From Hormiphora californensis (Eukaryota; Animalia; Ctenophora): DNA of 64,000 nt. The position numbers were made by a program, and so were the translations under genes. Position 1 is the first letter of the stretch. Each line of letters begins with the position of its first letter. Below, piece by piece: positions 41,601 through 53,409 of this stretch. The stretch lies in NCBI GenBank assembly GCA_020137815.1, contig CM035354.1, positions 6,820,001-6,884,000 on the forward strand. The letters run 5' to 3'. Below the pieces are notes generated by a model that was not told the DNA's origin, searched no databases, and saw only the letters and a list, made by a program, of their open reading frames with translations.

Positions 41601-44600
41601 ACTTCTTGAGTGGACAGAGAATCGTCCAAATTTGCAGTGTCAACTTTGGAATAGTTTCTATCTTTTGTAGTTATCTAATTAGAGCCGTTTAAACATGTGA
41701 GACGATGCTGTAGGGGCCTCTAATACTGTGTATTCTTGCTTGTGAAGTGATCACTTGACGAGATTTACCCAATTAGAGAGCAGATTAAAGCATACAAGCG
41801 GTGAGAGCAAGCAATATGGGTCGGAAACAGTACCAAATTACCCTGTTTTGCAGATCGTCTCACATGTTTAAACGGCTCTAATTAGATAACTACAAAAGAT
41901 AGAAACAATTCCAAAGTTGACACTGCAAATTTGGACGATTCTCTGTCCACTCAAAAAGTTTCATAGCCCCAACCCTTCATATAAGGGCTGTGTTCAGGTC
42001 CTCCTTTTTGTCACTTTAAAACGTCTTTTTTGACTGTTTTTTGGTCATAACTCGTGATTGGATTGTCAGAACATCACCCAAATAGCTACAGACACTTTTG
42101 GATATGCATTAGTTAACTTAAAACCGGTTTCAAGATGATCCAAGCACTCCTTCCGTGGGCACGACCGCGCACCAATAGTGGTCCTGACTACATGGTCATT
42201 ATAACTAGTGTTTATGTTACACTCAACCTACCGTTTTGCGTGTACTACACACTTCACCTGACGGAGCTTATCACACATATCCCTATTGTAAGGCTGACGT
42301 ATACAAACCATACTGCGGATATGGTAATCAAGTTTGTCAGTGAGTTTATGACTGTACAAGTTATACCCCTGATAGCCACACTTGAGATGGTGATCTTGTT
42401 TGTTCGAAATCCGACCCTCCGGAACTATGCCATGGTGTGCTTTGGTACGGGACCCTGCTATCATGAGGGACCGGAACTGAGGAGACAAGGACGACACGGA
42501 GAACTACAATTAGTACCCGAGCGGGGCAGAGCTGTACCGTTGAGATGATTCAACGAACGGCCAGTAATGCAAGTGGAGGAGGAGGGGGGATGAAGCAGCC
42601 GAGGAGACCCAAAGTTGTTGCGGAGGAGTCTATCAACAATAGAAACACCCAGACGACGAAAGGAGAGTGATGTTGGAGTTGAGACGGCAGTTAGGAGGGC
42701 GAGCTCTGTGAAAATACTGAGGAAAACGCTGTCAGATGAGCTGAGAGGGACGGAGATAGAGATGGAGAAACACCAAGAAAGTGACGGGGAGACAGTGTTT
42801 TGTAACAACTGTGAGGCAGTAGAGGATAGTAGTGGTAGAGTTGCAAACAGCATCACGCTAGCTGCTGATAGTGAAGTTTCCATGGATGGGTTGAAAAGTG
42901 TGACTCTCGTCTCAAAAGTGTAGCTTAGAGTTAGAATTAGAGTTTTCTAAAATGGCGTCTTAATATTTCCCAGTTTGTGGAGTTTTTCCTATTCAGACTT
43001 CTGACGTGGACTTGAAACCAACATGTCTTCATCAGACTAGCCGAGCCTACTAGCCACACATTTACAACAATATAATAATACAGTACAAGTTACAACCCTG
43101 TTCTTACCTGTTCCCAGCATTGGGGGAGAAGCTCTTCTTCAACCCTAGCTCTAGAGACACTCTTGGCAAACGCTTCACAACCCGCACGTATCATCTGTCT
43201 GATATTAGTAGTATTAGAGAAAAGATGTAAGATATCAGAGAAAAGTAGAAATAGATAGGAGAAACTAATGTTAAAAATATATATTTGGAGCTGAGTGTTG
43301 AAATGTGAATTTATAAATTTTATTAATGTTTTTGCTGAATCGTCATATGGTATTTTAATTGTACAAAGTAACATCTGTTATAACCCACCTTTGGTTGAAG
43401 TCTGGTTTCTTGACAAGATTGAACAGAAGGTGTAGGAGTGTATCGCGTTGTGTGGGTTCAGGGTGCTGAACAGCTAGACAAAGAATCACTGGGAGCAACT
43501 CCTGAAACGAGGGGGGTGTTGTCTCTAATTATGTTCCTTTTCTCTCAACTTGACCTCACTATAATTTGTTAATTAATCCAGATGAAAACCCAGGACATCT
43601 CACCTCTCGTTTGTTCAGCAACACATGAGGTATAATGTGGGGGAGAGATCGGCCCATGACCAATAGTGGGTCATCCCCTATTTGGGTTATATCCTCCCGG
43701 AGTCTGCTTTGTATGTCGCCCATCACAAGAGACCGGAGACATCGTCCAAAGGAGGGAGAAACACTTAGCTCTAGATAGAAGGATAAGAGTGTTACGGGGT
43801 GGGGTTGTCATGCCCGCAGTTCTACTTTTTATGCAAAAAGAGCTAAATTCGACAATCAAACATCCCTAATTTTTATCAGTTATACAAACTCATGTAATAA
43901 AATTGGATTATCGAAAGAATGATGACCCACCTTCTTCTTGTCTTTCCAATGATTCAGGGTCTCCCTCCTCAACTCCCTCCCTCTCTCCAGCAGGAGGGCT
44001 ATCTTCTGTAGCCACTACTTCATCAGCTGGGGGACTATCAGCCTCAACCACATCATCAGGTGGTATCACTGATGGGATGATCTCTGTAGTGGCAGTGGGG
44101 GTAGCCAACTCATCACTCGGTACTATTATAGTATCCTGTACTTCAAGGGACCCCACATTATCCCGATCACCAGATATTTCCTCTTCTGGTGCTTGCTCAG
44201 ATTCCTTCTCCTCTTCTTGTTGTTCAGTGTCATGCTCTTCTTCCGTGAGAGTGTGAGGATCACATGACACTGCCATGGGGTCTTCAGTGATATCTGAAAC
44301 AAAGAGAAATGTGAAACGACTGTCTATCATAAGTAGTAAGTACCACATTTAGTGAGTAATATAAACTAGTCATCAATAATGTTTTTATCAAGTAAAGAGA
44401 CAATATTTTGTGCATCAAGAGATATCAACAGTGTATAATTTACCCCGTGTTGGTGAGGTGTATTGTAACGTCTGATCCTCCTCCCCCACTCCCTCCCCTT
44501 CATCCTCCTCACTCTGCTCATCAGCAGTTTCCATCCCCTGTTCTTTCTCACTCCGAACGGGGGATCCAAGTAGCGGGGATTCTCGGGTCGCATCGGCAAG

Positions 44601-47246
44601 GCTCTGTTCTACCCTCTGTAGTGAAGTGGATGGGGTTGTCGGGACGACAGAGGGAAACAGATCTGTTATTTTAACAGTTACGGCGTCAACACCTACTTCA
44701 GAACTCAAAACTTGTCAACACTTCTTTTAAAAATTTATTTGAGTTCTGAAGAAGGCGTTGAAGTCGCCGGTACATCACCATCCTAACAAAACAATTGGAA
44801 TATTTTATTCGGAGTTTAGATAGCAAAGAGCCATGTTCTAACCTTATCATCAGTGGTTGAATAAGATGTCATACTTTCTCCAATTGAAACACTATCTTGT
44901 GGCCTCTCAGCACTATCCGACGTTATAACTGAGCTGGTAACATTAGAAATATAAATTATATTAGTGAAAATAATAAAAAAAAAGTAATAATATTAGTGAA
45001 AAAGTCCAAAGTTTGGAGTCGAAACCCGCTAAAAATTCCCAATCCCAACATGAGGATAAAACCTACCAATCAGACATTTGTCTTCTTTCTCTTTCCTCCT
45101 TGGTCTTAACCGCTCCCTTTTCAATAAAAACAATCACACTCTCATCTCCACTGGTGCTCCGTTTAGCCTGAAAGATACACAATGTCTGCCCATAGAAGAT
45201 AACTGATTAATTAACTGATTAATAAACCAGGAGAAATATCCAGGACACTGTTTTATTCATGGACTCTAATGTGTACCGTACTAAGCATTATCAAATATTC
45301 CCAAAACACCTAAACTTATTCAGCTGTTTCTGAGACAATCACTCAAAGCACGTGGAAAGTAATGAATATGAACCACACTACAAACATGCGATGGTATAAC
45401 CGTGCTTTACACACTACACTGTACACAGACAGACAAACTAACAGACAAACAAGGGGATATATGCAGTATGCTCGGTGAACACACAAATCAAGATTAGAAG
45501 GGGCATGCTCGGTATGTATGTGTAACCTCGGGGACAATTACAATGTCAGAAGATCCCACAGATCTCTCCTCGTACTCCCCCAACAGCCTCTTCAATTGAG
45601 TTATCTGGGAGATAGAGGAATCGACTTCTTTAGCCAGCGCTGAACACTTCTCTTCTAGTGTCTTACATTTTCCTTCCAACTGCTCAACCTAATATGGATT
45701 ATGGAGAGAGGGAGGTTAGTTGTGTAACTTAGAGGGTTGAAATAATGATGCATTCTTCAGAAGAATTTCTTCACAACTCTCCTACAAATTGTACCCAGGA
45801 CCCCATATCTCTCCCTCAGATTGGAACAAATCATTACCTGGTGGTGGTCACTGCTCCGGTAGATGGCTAACAGAGAGGGAGGACGGGGACAGTTCAGGCC
45901 CACATCTTCCCAGTCGTCATAGTCCTGGTCAGACGTCTCCTCTGAGAAGGTAATACCTAGAGGGGGGGGGGGGTAACATATGAGGGAGGGGTGATAGAGG
46001 CGAGACATTCAAATGCATAGTTAGTAGTAACCGAGTTGAGAGCAAGATTACGCAAATGTGGAAGGAGCTTTCGTGTTATGTGAAATATTGGGTAATCGAT
46101 TATGCCTCATACCTGTGATTTTATAATCATGTGCTAGGAGATACTCGGCGACCAAGAAGTTTAAACATCGTCTCTCATAGGGTAGTATAGCACTCTGATC
46201 TGAACTCGTCGAATCTGATCTCTTCTTGTGCTCTGGGGCTGGGGTGTAACAGTTAAAGGCTTTGGTTGCATCATGTGGGGGTGATATAGTGCTTACATCT
46301 ATGTATTTAAACCGTGACCCATCCCGGTAGAGCACTCTCAGTGGCAGGCGCCATCTCATCGCATTACATTTAAAAGGTATTTATTCGGTTCTCTTCCATA
46401 CTTTACGAGTTAAGTAGGTCTTGACTCTTGTCAAACAACTTTAAACTGCATAACAGTTCCCTCACTCCCTTACTACCCGCGATGACACATTGGTTTACCA
46501 GACAAGTCTGAACATCTTCTTCTTAAGAAGTCTGAACCTGTCAAACAACATACCAGCATTTGATGTGATAGTTCCCCTTAGCGCATTTATAGTCTCGTGT
46601 GCCTTCCGGAGCTCAAACTCTAGAACTGTAACCCGTTCATCAGCAATGTTGATGTCATCATCGCTGTATCTTGACACCAGGTCCAGGGAGTCAAATGTTT
46701 GGAGGGACGTGCTACGGGCTGAGGGAAGAGGGGTCAGTGTAAATAGAGGACTGGGGCGAGACTGGGAGAGAGGGGTCAGTGTAAACAGAGGACTGGGGCG
46801 TCACACTTTAACAAGCATTATTGGGAGGTTGTTATGGGTTACATAAATCAAAGAACTTTCAGAAATTGAACGAATTTTTACACTGAATTGAAGCACACAG
46901 ACTTTCATTGAATGTAAAGAATTGAATACATTGAATGTACGGAATTGAATACAATGCACAAGAACTACAACCATGGGATTTATGTCTCCGGACACTCCGG
47001 TTAGACGGTGGCTTTGGGGGTTTAACAGGTTTTTCTGGCAAGAAGGAATGTAAGATTTAGTTTCCAATATGTAACTCAAAATTGGATTTTGTTTTTGGCA
47101 TCCATTAGAATGTTGGCAAAGCAAGTTTTACATTTGAGTGCAATATGTGGGCTGTATAGAAGTGTACAATTGTGTGTGACCTGTGTACCGACATGCACTT
47201 TGTGTGAGAGAGAGAGAGAGGAGGAGAGAGAGAGACGAGAGAGAGA

Positions 47247-47307
<61 letters not shown>

Positions 47308-47456
47308 TCCTAACGCTCTCGCCTCGATCTCTCGAAGCTCTCTCTTCTCTTCTCGTCTCTCTCTGCGCTCGCTCTCTCGCTCTCTCTCTTCTCCTCTCTC
47401 TCTCTTCTCTCTCTCTCTCTCATCTCTCTCTCTCATCTCTCTCCCTCCTCTCCTCT

Positions 47457-47498
<42 letters not shown>

Positions 47499-48705
47499 CC
47501 CTCCTCCCCTCCCTCCCCCGACAAAAATCAAGCTGGTACTTCCGCCCCCAAAGAGACGCACTACCAGCTGGGACAGTGGGCACTCAGTACTGTACACTTA
47601 CACACTATACTACCCCTGCAGTACTTCAGTTAGGAGTCCTAGCAATTACCTACTGCTCAAAGAACGTATGTGACGTTCGAACTTATTATGCAATATGTAA
47701 AACACACACACACACATGTATACACACAAATAAAATGTATGGAAAATGACTTGTGTGAATGGTGCACCAAATTCACTTTGTCTAAACCACACAACCTCGA
47801 TAAACCAACCCCGTACAAGTAGCTAGAATGTCACAATGTGTATATCCTAGGCTGGAGTATTAGAACAGAGTATTTAAAGGTTGACAAGATACCTAAAACT
47901 TTTCGTATATCGTCTTATTTTGATTTATCATTAATTTTCAGCATTTTTTCAGAATTTTTTGTCGGCTAGAAAAAAATTCGAAATAGGGGGTCTACCGATA
48001 TTGTCAGCACTGGTTTTACTGGGCACACTCACTGCGTCTCGCAAATTGAAATTCACGTTTCCGGTTCCTCAAAAGATAGCTACTTGATCTTGGTTGCGTT
48101 GGATTGGTCTCAATAAGACCTTTCCAACGCTACCAAAACGGTTTCTGTATCTCATCAGGAACCGGAGATATTACGTTATCAATTTTAAAAAAGGCACACT
48201 CATTTGTCAGTAGACCCCCTATTTTGCACATATTTCTAGCCGACAGAAAATTCTGAAAAAATGCTGAAAATTAATGATAAATCAAAATAAGACGATATAC
48301 GAAAAGTTTTAGGTATCTTGTCAACCTTTAATTAGTGTATTCTCCATGTATTTTATATTCCAGTATTCCCTGTACGTACTCACAATTTCAGCGACCTCAA
48401 ACTTGAATACCAATAATTTTGGCCCACATTCCATATTGCTGACATGTCACAGGAATGTCACACACATGTCTTCGTGCTACTTCATCCGTACTTTTATACT
48501 TTACTCTTCCCAAAGTTTAAATATTTGACAATACATATAACAACTCACGTATGTTATAAAAAGTTTCAAAGTTTCCGGGATTGCTAAAGAAATCCCGCAG
48601 GACGGGAACTTCCAGATTATTCTCCAGGAGCTCATAATAAAGTTCCAGGGCGGAAAGGTAGAGTTTCTTGTCCAGTAACCGTCCTGCTATGTCGTCCCAT
48701 TCCAT
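33422..48705 (-). CDS. RELCH: RAB11-binding LisH, coiled-coil and HEAT-repeat protein (KIAA1468), multi-exon
   Basis: Exons in the expected order: LSALELYYELLE..LRDFFSNPGNFE; FDSLDLVSRYSDD..VLEFELRKAHETINALR; ERRCLNFLVAEYLL (LisH); ITFSEE..WEDVGLN..PPSLL; EELLPQCWEQ|ISDKFVERRILVSETCG; ADKDESVRE; HYIVPGLQAL. Ends SGFFKKK*. Confidence 0.93.
34410..34488. repeat. Member of a 55-80 bp hairpin family CTGTCTGGCG...CGCCAGACAG (others at ~2946-3007, 4918-4973, 34880-34937, 63218-63286)
   Basis: Shared termini and a shared inner cccca/tttgat/ctcagatggg core across five copies. Confidence 0.7.
40562..42923 (+). pseudogene. Rhodopsin-like GPCR nested antisense in a RELCH intron and interrupted in TM6 by a MITE
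   Basis: N-terminal sequons, TM1 GTSGN, TM3 FSVTRT..CPFF, TM6 restored as WTMVIITSVYVTLNLPF once 41371-42190 plus one CAT is removed. The C-tail to 42923 needs two compensating indels. Confidence 0.82.
41371..42190. mobile_element. 820-bp foldback MITE, TAG...CTA ends, 3-bp TSD (CAT)
   Basis: Near-identical ~335-bp arms (41371-41706 and 41854-42190); cat at 41368-41370 and 42191-42193. Confidence 0.93.
47878..48327. mobile_element. 450-bp MITE with TTAA TSD and AGG...CCT ends (Kolobok-like), RELCH intron 1
   Basis: ttaa|aggttgacaagatacc...ggtatcttgtcaacct|ttaa with long TIRs. Confidence 0.85.
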
Positions 48706-49185
48706 AACAAGCCCGGCTAGAGAGGAAACAGAGGGTTAAACCGGGAGGGGGGAGGGGAGTTATAGAGGGACCGGGAGGAGAATAGAGATGCTACATAGAG
48801 ATGAAGGTTGAAATAAATTAACGGTTGAATTTTGTCCGAGTGGGGGTAAGGACTAATGATAAGTGGGTAATGGAGACAAAGAAAACACTATACTTTACTT
48901 GGCACTTCAAAATATACAGATAATAACAATGAATGGTAATGTGTAATGTTAGCAATATAAAGTAAACTTAATTTTTAAATCTTCTGAGTTCTGAACATAA
49001 AACAATAAACATACACGCATACATACTAAAAAATCTTATAGAATAAGTCCTAAAATAAGGAAAACATATCGTGATAATTGACGTTAGTCTAACTCTACAT
49101 TTTATTTGCTTGAATAGTATAAATCTTTATTGCACAACCAATTTATTTCCGAGACAGCTTTTTAATCACTATCGAGTATCGTATA

Positions 49186-49835
49186 CAGGGTGTTCATATG
49201 GGATCTTTACAAGCGTTGGGCTTCACCCAGAAAAAAAGTTAACAAAATTAGCTTATGAAACTTCATACTTGGACTATTCTATACCCTCATTCAAGGTTCC
49301 TGGTGTTTGCGGAGCTCTACTACCCCTGGAAGTGTGTTTTTGGCATTAAAACTACCAGAAGGAATTTTTTGCTGATGCTGAGACTTTGCTAGAATGTTTT
49401 TTGGGTATTTTCTATGTCAATTCCAAAGTTTCATGATGATTGGATGTGTTTTATGAACTCGAAAAAATTTCGAAAAAAGTGCCTGGAAAAGCTCTAAAAT
49501 ATCAATTTTTGCCGTTTTTGAGCTGTTTTTGGGCCTTTCCAGCCAGTTTATTTTGACCTTGGTGACTGAACCACACATCCAATCATCATGAAACTTTGGA
49601 ATTGACATAGAAAATACCCAAAAAACATTCTAGCAAAGTCTCAGCATCAGCAAAAAATTCCTTCTGGTAGTTTTGATACCAAAAACACACTTCGAGGGGT
49701 AGTAGAGCTCCGGAAACACCAGGAACCTTGAATGAGGGTATAGAATAGTCCTAGTATGAAGTTTCATGAGCTAAATTTGTCAACTTTTTTCTGGGTGAAG
49801 CCCAACGGTTGTAAAGATCCCATATGAACACCCTG
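49186..49835. mobile_element. 650-bp foldback MITE with TA TSD and CAGGGTG ends (Tc1/mariner-like)
   Basis: ta|cagggtgttcatatggg...cccatatgaacaccctg|ta; arms of ~265 bp. Confidence 0.9.
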
Positions 49836-49922
49836 TACTATACCTATCACCCCGAAAGAACATCAAAAGTACACGTCTTTCAAGAAAGTTCATTCGGGGA
49901 CATGACAGCACCCACGACGTGA

Positions 49923-51395
49923 TTACTTAGAAACTGTAGAATAGTGATTCTTTGATGCGGTAATGGTAGATAGAATATCAGAGATGTCATCAGTCTTCTC
50001 CAGTAATCCTGGAACATCATTTTCCCCGATGAAGACAACTCCGCCCGCCTTACATCGTTCAATCATAGCTGCACTGGAGTCCGGAGCTACACCTGAATAC
50101 GTAGTAGTTTGTGTAACAACACGTGTTTATCTCAGTAGAATTGGAAATTGAAAACACACATTTTACTTCATCAATCGTACCTCGAATGGCATCTTCCACA
50201 ACGTATGTCTTGAGTCCATGTCTGGCTGCGTCCAGTGCTGTAAAGCCAACACAGTAGTCAGTTGCAATACCGGTCACTACTACATCCGTTACCCCCTCCC
50301 TCAGAAGATGGCTATAGAGGGGTGTATGGGATGTATCTCCATTATCCCAGAACCCACTATAACTATCAACCATCTTGTTCATTCCTGAAGGGGTAGTAGG
50401 GATTACATTTTGTGTAGATGCGGGTTAACAAGTAATTAATCGCTAAAAACTAGAGTCGCATGTATGAAAAATTCTTGTTTTGCTCAAACCCCGAGTCGTG
50501 AGCCGTAGGGAGAGAGGGTCGAACAAGGTAAAACAATTTAACTAAACCCAGATACCTTTATTGATCCTAGTACCTCCCTCAACATTTAACTCAGGATGAA
50601 ACTCTGCCCCCTCGCTCCCCTGAATACAATGATCCGGCCAGAGGGTTTGTTTTAGTTTTGGGGGCCCTTCAACAGTCACCATCTGGAACAACTGAGTATC
50701 GGCATTGGGACATTCTCCCTCCGCAGTTGGGTAGAGACCCTTCTTAACGTTAGAATGGAATGATATATGATCTGCAGGATGCCAATCGACCGTCCGGTAG
50801 ACGGAAGAAAAGAGTGGTGTCAGTCGATTAACAACGGGAACAACTTCAGCACCTAACGGAGGAAAATTTGTTGAAAAAAAACTGTGTCAGCAACGTCATA
50901 ATTGATCTAAACCTCCCCATGCTTACCTCCGCTGACGGCAAGAGATCCAGTGATGAAATCATTTTGGACATCGACCACGATCAGGGCAAACTTTCGGTTC
51001 TCTACCATGGACGCCTGCAGGAGGAATGTAATAGTTTTCAAAACTTGGAGTGGGTATTATAGACTAGGCAAAAAACTATCACTTAGGTTGATTTCCAACC
51101 CAGATTTCTCTCTCAATTCGTATTTATGGAGTTATGCTTGACTTACGTGTAGTGTAGACACGATTGTCGTCAGGAAGACCTTTCCATCTTCACAAGAAGA
51201 GAAACTCAATAACTGATCAAGGTTGTTCTCAATTCCACATTGTTTTAAAACTTCTTTTGCTTTCTCTGGAATCAGCTTTAATTCTGTCGTCTGGTTTTCA
51301 GTCTGAGAGTTCTTACAAAGCATCTCGAAACATTCGACCACTTTACTCTTCGTGATCCCATTATCACTCTTTATTTCTGCCAAGTTGATGCTCAT
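49923..51395 (-). CDS. Nicotinamidase (PncA/Pnc1/Naam family), five exons (51395-~51147, 51014-50927, 50852-50556, 50384-50181, ~50092-49923)
   Basis: ALIVVDVQNDFITGSL, DWHPADHISF, LWPDHCIQGSEGAEFHPEL, NKG..VDSYSGF and GIATDYCVGFTALDA. The Asp-Lys-Cys triad is intact. Confidence 0.95.
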
Positions 51396-51564
51396 TCTGT
51401 GATTAACTCGAGGTTTAGTTTTGCCTTTATTTTTTTATTATTATTAAATCTAAAATGTATACATTGGATAAAATACAACATATACTGCCCCTTTTTGTGG
51501 GCTAAATTGATAGTCATAAGGTTCCTTTTGAAGTCTCTTTAGAGTACAAATTACATGTAGCAGG

Positions 51565-52695
51565 TCAGCCACATTTAATTACCCCCCTGCTAACCCAGTA
51601 TCGTCCATTCGGATTGTCTCGCCTCAGTCCTTTCACTGTATCAACGAGAGTTTTCCGCTCTCGCTGTTCCTCCGGTGTTAGGTCGGGGGAAAGAAACACC
51701 GAGGAAAATTTCTCTGAATCCCGGAGCTGTTTTGCTTTTCTTAGAAGTTGTAACAAAGTTTCCCTCCTTTCAAGTGTAACAATTACTGGTCTCGGTCGGT
51801 TATCAGTCTTTTCGCCAATACGCTTTGTAGAAGATATGACTGGTTTTTCATTGAGCTCTCCAAAGATATCCTGAACTTCATGCTCAGTAGCCCTTGCCGT
51901 AGTTTCTGGCAGCCCAAATATAACCAAATTCAACTTGCGATCAAGAGTTGCTTCTTCCGCGGTTGTACTTGGATGGGGTACAGTCGCTTTCTTCAATGCT
52001 GCTTGGAGGCGGGATGGTGCAATAGCTGCAGAGCAATTCTGTACAAGCACCTTGGAGTAGCCCTGCAATTGCTTCTGAACAGACTCTGACACTGAACTAA
52101 GTTTCCGACCTTGTACTTCAATCAAAGTATTTTGTGCTTCAATCAGCTTCTCTTGCAGTTCAATCCTTGATACCCGATGTTTGTCGATTTCTTCCTTAAA
52201 AGTGCCAAGCTCTTCTTGTACCTCCCTGAGCTTCTGATTACACTCCTCTAGTTCCAGGCGTTCTTTCATTCGGGCAGTTGCATACAGACGTTTCTCCTTC
52301 ATAACTGGTCCTATTTCTCTCACTATCCGAAAAATATGACGAGAGAGGTTCTCGGTGAAAGCCATGAAACGATCAACATTATACTTTCTCATTTCGGAGT
52401 CTTTCGGCAGTGCGTCCTCAATATACTGCTCAGGATCATCATACAAACTAGAATCCAATAACTTGGACAATACTCCATCAACCTGTTGTTCACTTGGTTG
52501 TTTGAGCCCGTTCTTGATATAAAAAACGTCCTCTACTGCACAACGAAGTTTTTCCATCATCGACAAATCCCAGCATTCTGGTCCAGCAAAGTTCTCCGTC
52601 AACGTCATGTCGTACTGCCCGTTTGAAGTTGAAATTCGTGACGAGGAGGGTGTAGCTGAGCCAGGACTGTGAGCTGTTGATTTCTTCTTAGACAT
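51565..52695 (-). CDS. LINE ORF1p-like protein (coiled coil + RRM-like + C-terminal domain), no ORF2
   Basis: Intact 376-aa ORF: coiled coil, then RKLNLVIFGLPE..RIG..RPRPVIVTL..LLRKAKQLR..VFLSPDLTPEEQRERK, typical of CR1/L2-type ORF1. Confidence 0.8.
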   Translation of the reverse strand: MSKKKSTAHSPGSATPSSSRISTSNGQYDMTLTENFAGPECWDLSMMEKLRCAVEDVFYIKNGLKQPSEQQVDGVLSKLLDSSLYDDPEQYIEDALPKDSEMRKYNVDRFMAFTENLSRHIFRIVREIGPVMKEKRLYATARMKERLELEECNQKLREVQEELGTFKEEIDKHRVSRIELQEKLIEAQNTLIEVQGRKLSSVSESVQKQLQGYSKVLVQNCSAAIAPSRLQAALKKATVPHPSTTAEEATLDRKLNLVIFGLPETTARATEHEVQDIFGELNEKPVISSTKRIGEKTDNRPRPVIVTLERRETLLQLLRKAKQLRDSEKFSSVFLSPDLTPEEQRERKTLVDTVKGLRRDNPNGRYWVSRGVIKCG

Positions 52696-53409
52696 GAACT
52701 GCTTCGGCCTGCCCCTACGGGCGGTTGCTCCATTCTACCTGCAACATCTCAAATTAATTTGTTTAAAGTAGTGTTGAAAAGTTAAGTTGTTTCGGTTTTC
52801 AAAAACAAAAATCCGTGGTTGTAATTTAGCAAAAAATCGGTCAAAATGTCTTTGAAAAACTAAAAATGCATTAAAAGATTTCTCCTCGACACTCCCCTGT
52901 GCCTATAAAACATTTAAAAATGTGAAAATTTGAAGAAAATTAGCTGTTTTGATGCTTTTTGGGTTTGGTTCAATTTTGTACAAATTTTGTTCAAAAATTT
53001 AATCGCGTACCAGAAAAAAAAATCTGCGCTTCGCTGGTTATAATTTAAATTGTTCGCGCGCTTCATTCACTCTGCAGCGCATAAAACAACTTGGTAAGCT
53101 TGGAAAAGTGCTGAATTTTTTGTCGCGATTATTGCCCAAAAACATCTAAAAAGGCGAGAACGAGCTGTTTCCTCTCGTTTTCCCGAATGTTAAGGCCCGA
53201 AGGAATGTAAAATAAACGTCTACAGGCGAATTTTTGATTTTTTGGTGAGCTAAAAGGAGTTCTAACCAAATTGCTACTAATTTACGGTCACTTTTGGGCA
53301 AGTTCACCTAGCCAGCGTTCACAAATTTGATTTAAACCAACCTGCATTTGCGGTTTGCCCACAAAATTTGATGTAAACCGATAAATCTACAACGTCTACA
53401 CATTCCAGA

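Noticed and set aside
41371-42190. MITE acting as a spliceable intron (introner)
   Set aside because: The terminal GT (41373) and AG (~42178) give an out-of-frame product. The one in-frame alternative I found inserts about a dozen mostly polar residues into TM6.
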